DNA of 64,000 nt from an uncultured Clostridia bacterium (lineage in GTDB: Bacteria > Bacillota > Clostridia > Oscillospirales > CAG-272), in contig CAMJPL010000001.1 in NCBI GenBank assembly GCA_946407735.1, positions 88,182 to 152,181 on the forward strand. Direction: 5' to 3'. The number at the start of each line of letters is the position of its first letter. Within the stretch, counting starts at the first letter, position 1. Below, in pieces: positions 9,301 through 17,857 of this stretch. Below the pieces are notes generated by a model. That model had not been told where the DNA came from, made no database searches, and worked only from the letters and a program-made list of their open reading frames with translations. The translations under genes were made by a program, and so were the position numbers.

Positions 9301-10541
9301 CGGCAAACGGCACCGTGAAGTTCTACTACACCACCTCCGCCGTCACACCGAGCTCCGCTGACTTCGACACCTACTACAACAACGCGAACTCCAGCTTCAA
9401 GAGCACCATCAGCGTGACCGCCAACCAGACGGCTCAGGTCTACGGCCTGTCCAACATGTACAGCGCCTCCTACCCGTATGTCGTCATGATGCTTGAGACT
9501 CCCGCCACCATGATCGGCGGCAGCACCACCAAGTATCAGCCGGTCGTCATCACCCGCGGCGCCGCCGGCATAAACAACAACGTCGCCGCCGGCTTCACGG
9601 CGGGTCCGGTGGTCAATACTCAGGTGAACGGAACGAACTATATCGACACGATAGCCTTCACTCCCTCCCAGACCGGTACCGTTTACTTCCTGTACACAAA
9701 TACCCCGGCTTCCTTCACGAACGCTCAGACCGTCGTCTCCAACATCAATAACTCGAACGGCGGCACCTTCACCGTAACGGCGAATACTCCTGTCCAGAAT
9801 CAGATCAACACCACTACGGTAAACAACGCCACCGCCGTCATCTTCGTGCTCGCCACCACCGCCGGATATTCCAACCCGGTGACTGTCTACCGCAACGCCG
9901 GAATGAATACAGGCACCAATACCAACAGCGGCTACGGAATGAGCAAGGCCAGCCTGAACACTATCACCGGCAACGTCGAAGTGCGCGCTACGGTCAACGG
10001 ATATCTCTACTATTACTATACCAACAGCGCAACCGTGAACATGACTGCGAACGATATGCGCAACTACGGCACATATACCAACGCGAATACTCTCGGAGAC
10101 GTGAGCGTTCCCGGCAACAACGGCTACGCCTACGTATGGCTGATGATGTATGACGGCATGAACTCCTACGCGCCTTACCGCGTGCAGCTCAGCACAAGCG
10201 GCGGGAACAACGGCGGAACAGGGATGAATACGAATTCCGGCAGCGGATTCAAGGATACTATGACCGTCAAGATCGATGGCAATACTTACTTCACATATAT
10301 TCCTAACGCCAACGGCAGAATATACTATTATGTAAGCAATGCCAGCACCAACCCCGGAGCATCGAATTACATGTATTCATGGGCTTCTGCTTCCGGAAAC
10401 ATGATAAGTGATCTGAAGAAGGACACTTCTTACTCGATCAACCTGTCAAGCTTCACGGGCGGAACCAATAAGTACCTGATCATCCAGTTCGTTTCCTCCG
10501 ACAATACGCCTTACACTCCTCAGGTCATCACGCTTCCGTAA
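6375..10541 (+). CDS. SLH-domain cell-wall-anchored protein with nine tandem ~105-120-aa modules (S-layer-type)
   Basis: GGAGG SD before the ATG at 6375 and a signal peptide ending PVFA. SLH repeats (ISSHWAKANVEYMVDKEIISGYPDGTFRPDNTVTRAEF and two more). A beta-helix-like segment follows, then nine modules each with an aromatic (Y/W/F)YY(T/S) core. Composition is rich in S, T, N, G and Y. Confidence 0.85.
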   Translation: MTGRKSAIRKLSALLAALMVLGTLTALPVFADSFSDISSHWAKANVEYMVDKEIISGYPDGTFRPDNTVTRAEFIKMLDATFGLTETAAISFSDVSNSQWYYPYIQQAAAQGYLLNYGSTLNPNGELTREEAAALLARYLNLAEKDRASVSFTDAASINQNYRGYVYACVDAGIIKGYDTGDFKPQRTLTRAEAMAILYRSAGSIYRGSAVGAENGAQAGNATITKGGSNISNASFSGSVYITEGAGSSTVTLSNCNIRGTLYLRGNSRVQLAGSTVNNVVVIGKSSATVGVNLDETSTVTTLDAQSPVSVYLQSGSTVSTMNVGEHAESSSVSGAGTVGQLNINGAKFKSDVTPRNYTIGDRLTAEIGGQSVGGSGTSRTGVKSGTTPVLETSGSRDTLTLTPNETSVLFWYYTNSTAAPSSKEFADIYRRQSSNVKGFQSLDQVQSYTLQLVQSSIAAQYNNVVICLLANQEYFDPIILSRTGANNTGNSAAGFKNNPTVKTNSLTNLDTLSFMPEVSGTMYYYYTTSPTAVTAQQFRLNYDASAQGLRGNKTVIAGNSYAETTSFNPVSSGSNYNYVAVMLTSGASDYQPIVVTRNAADGGNLQASGLADAPVWSSYNGNESLRINASAAGTLKYYYTNSSQAPNASTFNAYYGMAGTYYNAIRVSQGAQNTYLTTSTTGTNGTTTQTNIKTNTVNASGLGYIVIMLTDGVGNNYAPYVVARQDNSTTGGGFSTKPSVSIGSQNDTISFTPSMTGYVFWYYTTSSGSIPAGSFMSNWNNAPTSARGQSGQVQSGVAQSIMGGIADFAKNYSYIVVSLQDTTGAFQEPVTIARTQANTSSYGFRVNPTVAINVNGNDTISLTPQYNGTVYYYYSNSASSISGYSTFESNWNTSSIKSSFAVNGGSAATVNTIASASVPTNLQYVVIMLRDSNGTYYSPITVRRGATNANVTGTGLTAASLTSGTTTDLISVTASANGTVKFYYTTSAVTPSSADFDTYYNNANSSFKSTISVTANQTAQVYGLSNMYSASYPYVVMMLETPATMIGGSTTKYQPVVITRGAAGINNNVAAGFTAGPVVNTQVNGTNYIDTIAFTPSQTGTVYFLYTNTPASFTNAQTVVSNINNSNGGTFTVTANTPVQNQINTTTVNNATAVIFVLATTAGYSNPVTVYRNAGMNTGTNTNSGYGMSKASLNTITGNVEVRATVNGYLYYYYTNSATVNMTANDMRNYGTYTNANTLGDVSVPGNNGYAYVWLMMYDGMNSYAPYRVQLSTSGGNNGGTGMNTNSGSGFKDTMTVKIDGNTYFTYIPNANGRIYYYVSNASTNPGASNYMYSWASASGNMISDLKKDTSYSINLSSFTGGTNKYLIIQFVSSDNTPYTPQVITLP

Positions 10542-10563
10542 TTCAAGTCAAATAACTAAACCG

Positions 10564-10597
10564 ACCGCCTCCCGGATAAAACCGGGAGGCGGTTTTC
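10564..10597 (+). terminator. Rho-independent terminator after the SLH gene
   Basis: ACCGCCTCCCGG-ataaaa-CCGGGAGGCGGT followed by TTTT. Confidence 0.8.
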
Positions 10598-10625
10598 GTA
10601 TTATTATTAATATCACTCTTTCTAC

Positions 10626-10693
10626 CAAAAGTTTTGGCCGGAAAGGGGTGCAGGGGGAAACCTGCCTTTTTCAAAAGGCGGGTTTCCCCCTGC
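10626..10693 (+). repeat. Dispersed arm+hairpin repeat, copy A
   Basis: Arm CAAAAGTTTTGGCCGGAAAGGGGTG, then hairpin GCAGGGGGAAACCTGCC-tttttcaaaa-GGCGGGTTTCCCCCTGC. Related to the copies at 27872, 28602 and 38739. Confidence 0.75.
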
Positions 10694-10723
10694 AAAATCA
10701 ATGCTTCTTCGTACCCATCCCCG

Positions 10724-12472
10724 TTACTTCTTATCTGCCCGGAGACGCTTGCACAGCTCGGGGTCGGGGGAGACGTAGGCGGTCTTGTTCGTATGATAGA
10801 TCACGAAGCCGGGGCGGGAGCCGTTCGGCTTTTTGATATAGCGGATCGGCGTGTAGTCGACGGCCACGTTCTCGCCCTCGCCCGCCTTGCTGTTGGTCGC
10901 GGCGATGATCGCCGCCTGCGTCATGTCCTCGTCGGGAGGCGTCACACCGCCGCAGCGTATCACGACGTGCGAGCCGGGGATGTTCTTCACATGGAACCAG
11001 ATGTCGCCGTCGCCTGAGAGCTTTGTCGTGATGTAGTCGTTCTGCGAGTTGTTCTTGCCGCAGAGCACCTCGTAGCCGCCGGAGGTCATGAAGCGCATCG
11101 GCTTCGGCTTCTGCGGCTTCTGAGCCACGTAGTTCTTCATCCGTGAGGCGTAGCCTGACTCGTAGAGCTCGCGCCGGATGTCTGATATGTCGCTCTCGGT
11201 CTCGGCGCGGGTGAGAGAATCGAATACGGTGTAGATGTAGTCGAGCTCCCGCTCGGATATCGCGATCTGCTTCGCAAGCTCTATCTCGGCGGTCTTCGAT
11301 TTGTTGTACTTCTTGTACCACTTCTGAGCATTCGCCGACGGCGAGAGGAGCGGATCGAGCGGCACGTTTACCTCGGCCGGCGGATCCTGCGACCAGTCGG
11401 TCAGCTTCGCCGACTTCATCCCGCGCTGAACGGCGTAGATGCTGCCGATGATAAGGTCGCCGTACAGCTTGTATTTCTGCTTGTCGGCGCATTTTTCGAT
11501 GTCCTGCCTCTGCAGGGCAGTCTTTTTCTTTAAGCGCGTCTCGATGTTCGTCAGCAGCCGCAGAAGGTCTCCCGCCCGCTGATGGATCCGCTCCGCCTTC
11601 TCCTTTTCCTCGAAGAATTCGTCGAGCAGAGCTCCGAACGACGGCACCGTCTCGGCTGTGAGCGCGCCGCCGTACTGCTTTATCGGCAGCCACGAGTAAT
11701 CGGAGGGCTTTCCCGGCGCGCCGTCGGGCAGAGGCTGACGCAGCATGACGGGCGTGAAGCGGCGCTCTCTGACGACCGAGATCACCTCGTCGAACGCCTC
11801 CCAAAGCGCCTCGGGAGCCTTCGATTTCGCGCGGAAGGCTATCTCCTGCGAGATCAGCCCCGAGATACCGAGGTATTTCGTCATTATGAACTTGTCCGGC
11901 GGAAGGTCGGTGTCGCCGTAGAGGCGAAGGAAGGTCTCTCTGTCGGCGCAGAGCGGATCGAGCTTGTCCTGCTTCGGCGGAAGCTCGTATCTCATGCCGG
12001 GAAGGATCGGGCGCTTCTGGTTCACCGACAGCTCGATCGTGCGTATCGCCGCCGTGATCCTGTGCTCGCTGTCGCAGAGGATGAAATTCGAGTATTTGCC
12101 CATGATCTCGACGATGATGTACTTCTGCGACGCGTAGCCGAGCTCGTCATAGCCGTCCACCGTGATCTCGAGCGCGCGCTCGAAACCGAACTGCCTCACC
12201 GAGCGTATCTTCGAGCCCAGCAGGTGCTTTCTCAGCAGCATGCAGAACATCGGCGGCTCGGCAGGGCTGTCGAAGGAGGCCTCGGTCAGGTTTATCCTCG
12301 GCGTGTTTGAGGTGCACGAGATAAGGAGGCGCGTAGTCCTGCGCTCGGCCGAGCGCAGCTGTATGACGACGACGTCTTTCAGGGGCATCTGTATCTTTTC
12401 TATCTTGGATTCGGATGTCAGCCGGTCGAGCTCGTCGACCACGGCCGCCATCATTCCGGCGTCAAAGGGCAT
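10724..12472 (-). CDS. rqcH: Ribosome quality-control protein RqcH (NFACT / fibronectin-binding protein A family)
   Basis: MPFDAGMMAAVVDELDRL N-terminus, a central coiled coil, and a C-terminal NFACT-R region with WFHVKNIPGSHVVIR. Confidence 0.85.
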   Translation of the reverse strand: MPFDAGMMAAVVDELDRLTSESKIEKIQMPLKDVVVIQLRSAERRTTRLLISCTSNTPRINLTEASFDSPAEPPMFCMLLRKHLLGSKIRSVRQFGFERALEITVDGYDELGYASQKYIIVEIMGKYSNFILCDSEHRITAAIRTIELSVNQKRPILPGMRYELPPKQDKLDPLCADRETFLRLYGDTDLPPDKFIMTKYLGISGLISQEIAFRAKSKAPEALWEAFDEVISVVRERRFTPVMLRQPLPDGAPGKPSDYSWLPIKQYGGALTAETVPSFGALLDEFFEEKEKAERIHQRAGDLLRLLTNIETRLKKKTALQRQDIEKCADKQKYKLYGDLIIGSIYAVQRGMKSAKLTDWSQDPPAEVNVPLDPLLSPSANAQKWYKKYNKSKTAEIELAKQIAISERELDYIYTVFDSLTRAETESDISDIRRELYESGYASRMKNYVAQKPQKPKPMRFMTSGGYEVLCGKNNSQNDYITTKLSGDGDIWFHVKNIPGSHVVIRCGGVTPPDEDMTQAAIIAATNSKAGEGENVAVDYTPIRYIKKPNGSRPGFVIYHTNKTAYVSPDPELCKRLRADKK

Positions 12473-12505
12473 ATATCTTTCCTTCCGGTGTCAAAAATCG
12501 GTGAT

Positions 12506-13294
12506 TCATCTCATGTGCACGTCCATCTGCGGGAACGGTATCTCGAGCCCGGCTCTGTCCAGCGCCCGCTTCCCGCTTTCCAGCAGGGCGAATCTGACGC
12601 TCCAGTAGTCGGATGACGCGCACCACGCGCGGACGGTGAAATCGAGGCTGCTCGAGGCGCATTCGGTGAGCAGGACCTGCGGCGCCGGATCGGAGAGGAT
12701 CTTGTCGGCGCCTTCGACGACATCCTGCAGGGTCTTTAATACAAGATCCATGTCCGACGAGTAGCTGACGCTGAACACGACGTCGACGCGCCTCGTCCCC
12801 TCGCGGGTGTAGTTTATTATCGGCGTGTTGGTGAGAGAGCTGTTCGGCAGGGAAATGTGCCGGTTGTCGTATGTCGTCATTTCGGTGTAGAAGGTCCCGA
12901 TGCTTCTGACCGTCCCTTCCTCGCCGCCTGCCTTTATGAAATCTCCCGCCCTGAACGGCTTGAGGATCAGTATCGTGATCCCCCCGACCAGGTTGCTTAT
13001 CGCCCCCTGAGCCGCCAGGCTGACCGCAACGCCTGCCGACGCGAGTATCGTGATGAAGCTGGTGAGCGGCACTCCGAGCACGCCGGCCGCCGATATCCCG
13101 ACGGCGGTGTAGAGAAGCGCCTTCAATATCGTCCTTACCATCCCCGCGGCGGAGGGATCGAGCTTTTTGAAGGCCTTTCCGCGGCAGACGAGCTTTATGA
13201 TCAGCTTCGAGACGACGATCCCTGCCGCGAGCACGGCGATGCCGCCGAGCAGACGCATCCCCTCAAGCTGAAGAGTCTGAATTATATTATCCAT
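12506..13294 (-). CDS. Small-conductance mechanosensitive channel, MscS family
   Basis: Three TM helices followed by the MscS beta-domain (PFRAGDFIKAGGEEGTVRSIGTFYTEMTTYDNRHISLPNS). Start taken at MDNIIQ (13294) rather than the track start at 13360. Confidence 0.85.
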   Translation of the reverse strand: MDNIIQTLQLEGMRLLGGIAVLAAGIVVSKLIIKLVCRGKAFKKLDPSAAGMVRTILKALLYTAVGISAAGVLGVPLTSFITILASAGVAVSLAAQGAISNLVGGITILILKPFRAGDFIKAGGEEGTVRSIGTFYTEMTTYDNRHISLPNSSLTNTPIINYTREGTRRVDVVFSVSYSSDMDLVLKTLQDVVEGADKILSDPAPQVLLTECASSSLDFTVRAWCASSDYWSVRFALLESGKRALDRAGLEIPFPQMDVHMR

Positions 13295-13437
13295 GGCACT
13301 GCATTCGATGTAATATCGGCTGTATGGAAAAAGTATAGCATATATCGGCTGGAATTTCAATCCGAATTGATGAAAAAAGACTTAAGATACGGGAAAATCG
13401 GTGAGATCAAATCGTCGGGAGAAATTCGCCGCCGCTA

Positions 13438-13466
13438 TTGCAATGAGAGTGGAAATGTGGTATAAT
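13438..13466 (+). promoter_or_regulatory. SigA-type promoter (TTGCAA-17bp-TATAAT)
   Basis: -35 at 13438-13443, 17-bp spacer, -10 at 13461-13466. Lies upstream of the oxidoreductase gene. Confidence 0.55.
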
Positions 13467-13526
13467 GTCGAAAGAAACCAAATCGCGTTTATATACAACA
13501 ATTTCACGGAAAAGGAGATTCAGGCC

Positions 13527-14780
13527 ATGTCGAAAAAACTTAAGGTCGGCGTATTCGGCGGCGCCCGCGGCCGCACAATGATCGAGGTGCTGCTGCATCA
13601 TCCCGACGCCGAGCTCGTCGCGGTATGCGACAAGTACAGGCCGCTGCTCGACGACGTTCAGAAGCGCGCGGACGAGCTCGGCGTAAAGGTTGCCCTGTTC
13701 GAGAAATTCGACGATTTCTTCAACTGCGATATGGACGCCGTCGTTATGGCGAACTACGCGCACGAGCACAGCGTTTTCGGGACGAAGCTGCTGCGCTCCG
13801 GCAGGCATATCCTCTCCGAGGTTCTGCCGTGCGAGAACATGGCGCAGGCGGTCGACCTCATCGACGCCGTCGAGGAATCCGGCAAGGTGTACGCCTACGC
13901 CGAGAACTACTGCTATATGCAGCACTGCTTCGAGATGTGGAAGCGGTACAAGAGGGGCGATATAGGCGAAGTCATGTACGCCGAGGGCGAGTACGTCCAC
14001 AACTGCGCCGCCATCTGGCCGCAGATCACCTACGGCGAGCGCGATCACTGGCGCAACAACATGTTCCCGACCTTCTACTGCACGCATTCGCTCGGCCCGA
14101 TGCTCACCATCACGAACACCCGCCCGGTGAAGGTCGTCGGCTTCGAGACAAAGCCTCTCGAGAAGATGCGTGAGCTCGGAACGTACGGCGGAGCCGGTCT
14201 TGAGATCGTCACCGTCGACAACGGCGCCGTCTTCAAGTCGATCCACGGCGGTCTCACCCGCGAGCCGTCGAGCGTCAACTACGAGATCTACGGCCAGAAG
14301 GGAATGATGGAATCCTCGCGTCTCGACGGCAAGGTGCTGAACGTCTACCGTGAGACCGGCGCCGTCTGCCGCGGCGAATGGGAAAAGTACGATCCGGTAA
14401 ACGAGATAGCGACCGAAAAGGCGAAGTATTTCTCCGGCCACGGCGGCTCCGACTTCTACTCGACTCATTTCTGGATCGAGAAGATCCTCGGCAATCCCGA
14501 CGGAGAATGGTCGATAGACGTCTACCGCGCCGTCGATATGGGCATATGCGGCATACTCGCCTGGCGCTCCGTCGTAAACGGCAATATCCCGATCGAGGTA
14601 CCGGATCTGAGAAACGTCGCCGAGCGCAACAAGTACCGCTACGACACCATCGGCACCAATCCGAATTTCGCTTCGGGCAAGGATCTGCTGCCGAAATCCA
14701 CCTTCGGTCAGCCCGACATCCCCGATTCGACGTATGAATACGTCCGCCAGCTCTGGCTCGACGGGAAGAACGCCGAATGA
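13527..14780 (+). CDS. Gfo/Idh/MocA family oxidoreductase
   Basis: AAGGAG SD before the ATG at 13527. Rossmann N-terminus KVGVFGGARGRTM. Overall length is typical of the family. Confidence 0.85.
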   Translation: MSKKLKVGVFGGARGRTMIEVLLHHPDAELVAVCDKYRPLLDDVQKRADELGVKVALFEKFDDFFNCDMDAVVMANYAHEHSVFGTKLLRSGRHILSEVLPCENMAQAVDLIDAVEESGKVYAYAENYCYMQHCFEMWKRYKRGDIGEVMYAEGEYVHNCAAIWPQITYGERDHWRNNMFPTFYCTHSLGPMLTITNTRPVKVVGFETKPLEKMRELGTYGGAGLEIVTVDNGAVFKSIHGGLTREPSSVNYEIYGQKGMMESSRLDGKVLNVYRETGAVCRGEWEKYDPVNEIATEKAKYFSGHGGSDFYSTHFWIEKILGNPDGEWSIDVYRAVDMGICGILAWRSVVNGNIPIEVPDLRNVAERNKYRYDTIGTNPNFASGKDLLPKSTFGQPDIPDSTYEYVRQLWLDGKNAE

Positions 14781-14836
14781 GCAGACGATTGAACAGTTTA
14801 ATAGAATAATATCAAGGAAGCTTCAGGTGACAGCAA

Positions 14837-15466
14837 ATGCCGGCAAGAACCATCATCACGGCCCATTCCGGCTGTGAAAACACCCCTCCGAACTCCCGTG
14901 AGTTCATAGAGAAAGCCTTTGACGTTCGCTGTGAGATGCTTGAGATCGACATAAACCGCGACGGCGATCTTCTGTATCTCTCACATGACAAGGCCGATCC
15001 GTCCTCGTGCGTGTCGTTTGAGGAATTTCTCGATATGCTGTCCTTGCACCCGGACGTTCGGGTGAACTGCGACATGAAGGAGGAGGGCTGCTGCGGGATG
15101 GTCATGTCCGCGGTCAGCAGACGCGGGATGGCCGGGCAGATCGTCTTCACCGGAAGCGCGCACTCCGAGGAAGCCGACATCCGCGCTTCGGGCGGCGAGT
15201 TCTGGTACGGCCTGAGGGACGGTGAGGATCTCGAAAACGCCGTTTCGTCATGCCTTAAAACCGGAGCGAAGATCATAAATCTTCAGTCGTTCGTCGTAAC
15301 GGATGAGACAAAGCGTCGCCTCGATTCCCTCGGACTAGGGTTCTCCTGCTGGACTATCGACAGTGAGGATGAGATGCGCCGCCTTCTGTCGCTTGGCGTT
15401 TACAACATCACCACCCGCAGACCGTATGCGGTCATGCGGATAAGGGATGAGATACAGGGGAAATAA
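14837..15466 (+). CDS. Glycerophosphodiester phosphodiesterase (GDPD) family protein
   Basis: IITAHSGCENTPPNS...LEIDINRDGDLLYLSHD matches the GDPD catalytic His/Glu/Asp pattern. Confidence 0.75.
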   Translation: MPARTIITAHSGCENTPPNSREFIEKAFDVRCEMLEIDINRDGDLLYLSHDKADPSSCVSFEEFLDMLSLHPDVRVNCDMKEEGCCGMVMSAVSRRGMAGQIVFTGSAHSEEADIRASGGEFWYGLRDGEDLENAVSSCLKTGAKIINLQSFVVTDETKRRLDSLGLGFSCWTIDSEDEMRRLLSLGVYNITTRRPYAVMRIRDEIQGK

Positions 15467-15486
15467 GAGCGTAAACACACACACAT

Positions 15487-15522
15487 CGGAGCCGCCCGCG
15501 CGTGGGCGGCTCCGATCTTTTT
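15487..15522 (+). terminator. Rho-independent terminator
   Basis: CGGAGCCGCCC-gcgcgt-GGGCGGCTCCG followed by ATCTTTTT. Confidence 0.8.
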
Positions 15523-15562
15523 CCGGCCGCGCGTCTATTTTTCAGTCGGCCCGGCAAATGCC

Positions 15563-15591
15563 TTGCTTTCTTCATATCGTTGTGGTATAAT
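15563..15591 (+). promoter_or_regulatory. SigA-type promoter (TTGCTT-17bp-TATAAT)
   Basis: -35 at 15563-15568, 17-bp spacer, -10 at 15586-15591. Lies upstream of the MATE gene. Confidence 0.55.
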
Positions 15592-15629
15592 ATCAGGTGA
15601 AATCACGAACTTGAAGAAGGAATCCGTCT

Positions 15630-17048
15630 ATGCCGATTGTCGCGGACATTTCGCGCGCCTCGAGACCCGAGGGGCGCGCTCACAGAATAACCACGCTGGC
15701 GCGTCTTGCTCTGCCGCCGATACTCGCCGAGCTTACCGCCACCGTGATGCAGTATATCGACTCCGCGATGGTCGGGAGTCTCGGCGCCGAGGCCAGCGCT
15801 TCGATAGGTCTCGTCTCCACCTCGACATGGCTTATCGGCGGCATGTGCATATCGGCGGCGGCCGGTTTCTCGGTGCAGACGGCCCAGTATATCGGCGCCG
15901 GACGCGAGGGTGAGGCGAGGCACGTTTTCAGGCAGGCTCTGCTGTTCTGCCTCGTGTTCGGGCTCATGATAGCCGCCGGATCGGCGCTTGTCAGCCCGTT
16001 TCTGCCGTCATGGCTCGGCGGCAGGCCGGAGATACTCAGAACGGCGTCGACCTATTTCCTCATCTGGGCGTGCGCCCTGCCGTTCGTCCAGTTCAGACAG
16101 CTTTGCGGCTCGATGCTGCAGTGCTCGGGCGATATGAAGACTCCGGCCGTGCTGAACGGTATGCTCTGCGTCTCGAACGTGGTATTCAACTTCTTCCTCA
16201 TCTACCCGACGCGGAAGATATTCGGTCTGACGATCCCCGGCGCCGGAATGGGCGTCGCGGGAGCCGCCCTCGGCACCGCGATAGGCGAGACGCTGATTTC
16301 GCTCATCATGGTATGGTTCGCCGTCTTCCGCTCGAAATCGCTGTCGCTTGTACGCGACGGCGGCAGCTGGAAGCCGGATATGCCGCTCATCGGCAGGGCG
16401 ATGAAGATATCATGGCCGACCGCCGTCGAGCATATCGTCGTCTGCGGGGCCTATGTCTGCGGAACGCTTATCGTCTCGCCGCTTGGCACCGTCCCAGTCG
16501 CCGCCAACTCCCTCGCCGTCACGGCCGAGAGCTTCTGCTATATGCCCGGCTACGGCATCGGATCGGCGTCGACGACTCTCGTCGGCCAGTCGCTCGGAGC
16601 CGCGAGCGGCGGCGATCCCGATACGGCAAAGTCCGCCGCGAGGCGCTACTCGAATACCGGCGTGATCATGGGCATGGCCGTTATGGCGGCCGCCGGAGCG
16701 CTCATGTTCATAGCCGCGCCGCTGATATTCTCAATGCTCACCCCGGATGAGGGTGTGAGAGAGCTCGGCGTCGCGATCCTGAGGATCGAAGCCTTCGCCG
16801 AGCCGCTTTACGGAGCCGCGATAGTCTGCTCCGGCGCCATGAGAGGCGCGGGAGACACGCTGGTGCCGAGCATCATGAACCTCGCCTCGATGTGGGGCGT
16901 GAGGATCCCGCTCGGCTTCATCCTCGTGCCGAAGATCGGGCTCGCCGGCTACTGGATCGCGATGGCGACAGAGCTTTGCTTCAGGGGGATCATCTTCCTT
17001 GTCCGTTTGCTGCGCGGCAGATGGCTCGACAAGGGAGTGAAGATATGA
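15630..17048 (+). CDS. MATE family efflux transporter
   Basis: 472 aa with ~12 predicted TM segments. The N-terminal LALPPILAELTATVMQYIDSAMVGSLG is typical of MatE proteins. Confidence 0.85.
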   Translation: MPIVADISRASRPEGRAHRITTLARLALPPILAELTATVMQYIDSAMVGSLGAEASASIGLVSTSTWLIGGMCISAAAGFSVQTAQYIGAGREGEARHVFRQALLFCLVFGLMIAAGSALVSPFLPSWLGGRPEILRTASTYFLIWACALPFVQFRQLCGSMLQCSGDMKTPAVLNGMLCVSNVVFNFFLIYPTRKIFGLTIPGAGMGVAGAALGTAIGETLISLIMVWFAVFRSKSLSLVRDGGSWKPDMPLIGRAMKISWPTAVEHIVVCGAYVCGTLIVSPLGTVPVAANSLAVTAESFCYMPGYGIGSASTTLVGQSLGAASGGDPDTAKSAARRYSNTGVIMGMAVMAAAGALMFIAAPLIFSMLTPDEGVRELGVAILRIEAFAEPLYGAAIVCSGAMRGAGDTLVPSIMNLASMWGVRIPLGFILVPKIGLAGYWIAMATELCFRGIIFLVRLLRGRWLDKGVKI

Positions 17049-17064
17049 AAGGGAGGGGTGAAAT

Positions 17065-17835
17065 ATGCTGACAGACGGCGAGATGCTGATGACCGCTATG
17101 ACGCAGTCGGCGTACGATACCGGCGCCGAAGCGTCGGACTTCACGCGGGAGGAAAACGTGATCGTCAGCCCGAAAAACGATCCGCGCGCCAAGGTGTTCT
17201 TTGCAGATCCTCCCGCCTGCAATCTCGTTTCATATGGGAAAAACGTCGTCGCGTCGGTAAAGGACGAATACCGAGATGAAGTCGGGCGGTATATCGGCGG
17301 GGCGGCGTGGTACAGCTGCTTTGAGACGCCGTATATGCACCGCCTTGACGACGCGATGAGAAAGCTCGGGCAGCGCGTCTGCTTTATGGCCGAGTACTGG
17401 CTCCCCGAAGCCGACCGCCTGAAGCGCCTTGAGTGCGGGTATGAGATGCGTCTGCTCATGCCGGAGGATTTTTCCGGGCTTTACACGCCCGAGTGGCATA
17501 ACGCCCTCTGCGCCGACCGCCGGGAGCGCGACGTCCTCGCTGTCGGCGCCTATGACGGCGGAAAGCTGATAGGGCTCGCCGGATGCTCGGCCGACTGCGA
17601 GGATATGCTGCAGATAGGAGTCGACGTGCTGCCGGAATACAGAAGGCGCGGCACAGCTTCTGCGCTGACGTCCCGGCTGGCTCTGGAGATCATGGACATG
17701 GGAAAGGTGCCGTTCTACTGCTGCGCGTGGTCGAACATACCGTCGGCGAGGAACGCGTACCGAAGCGGTTTCCGCCCAGCATGGGTAGAGCTTACGGTAA
17801 GGGACGAGGCTTTTGCCGAAAAAATATCGCATTGA
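17065..17835 (+). CDS. GNAT family N-acetyltransferase
   Basis: C-terminal acetyl-CoA-binding motif QIGVDVLPEYRRRGTASALTSRL. Confidence 0.7.
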   Translation: MLTDGEMLMTAMTQSAYDTGAEASDFTREENVIVSPKNDPRAKVFFADPPACNLVSYGKNVVASVKDEYRDEVGRYIGGAAWYSCFETPYMHRLDDAMRKLGQRVCFMAEYWLPEADRLKRLECGYEMRLLMPEDFSGLYTPEWHNALCADRRERDVLAVGAYDGGKLIGLAGCSADCEDMLQIGVDVLPEYRRRGTASALTSRLALEIMDMGKVPFYCCAWSNIPSARNAYRSGFRPAWVELTVRDEAFAEKISH

Positions 17836-17857
17836 CGCCGCAAAGAGGGGGAAAACC

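Noticed and set aside
10634-11017. ORFs 10634-11017 and 10648-10836 (+) starting in the intergenic repeat and running antisense into rqcH.
   Set aside because: They begin inside repeat copy A and overlap the well-supported rqcH gene on the other strand. They have no SD or motif.
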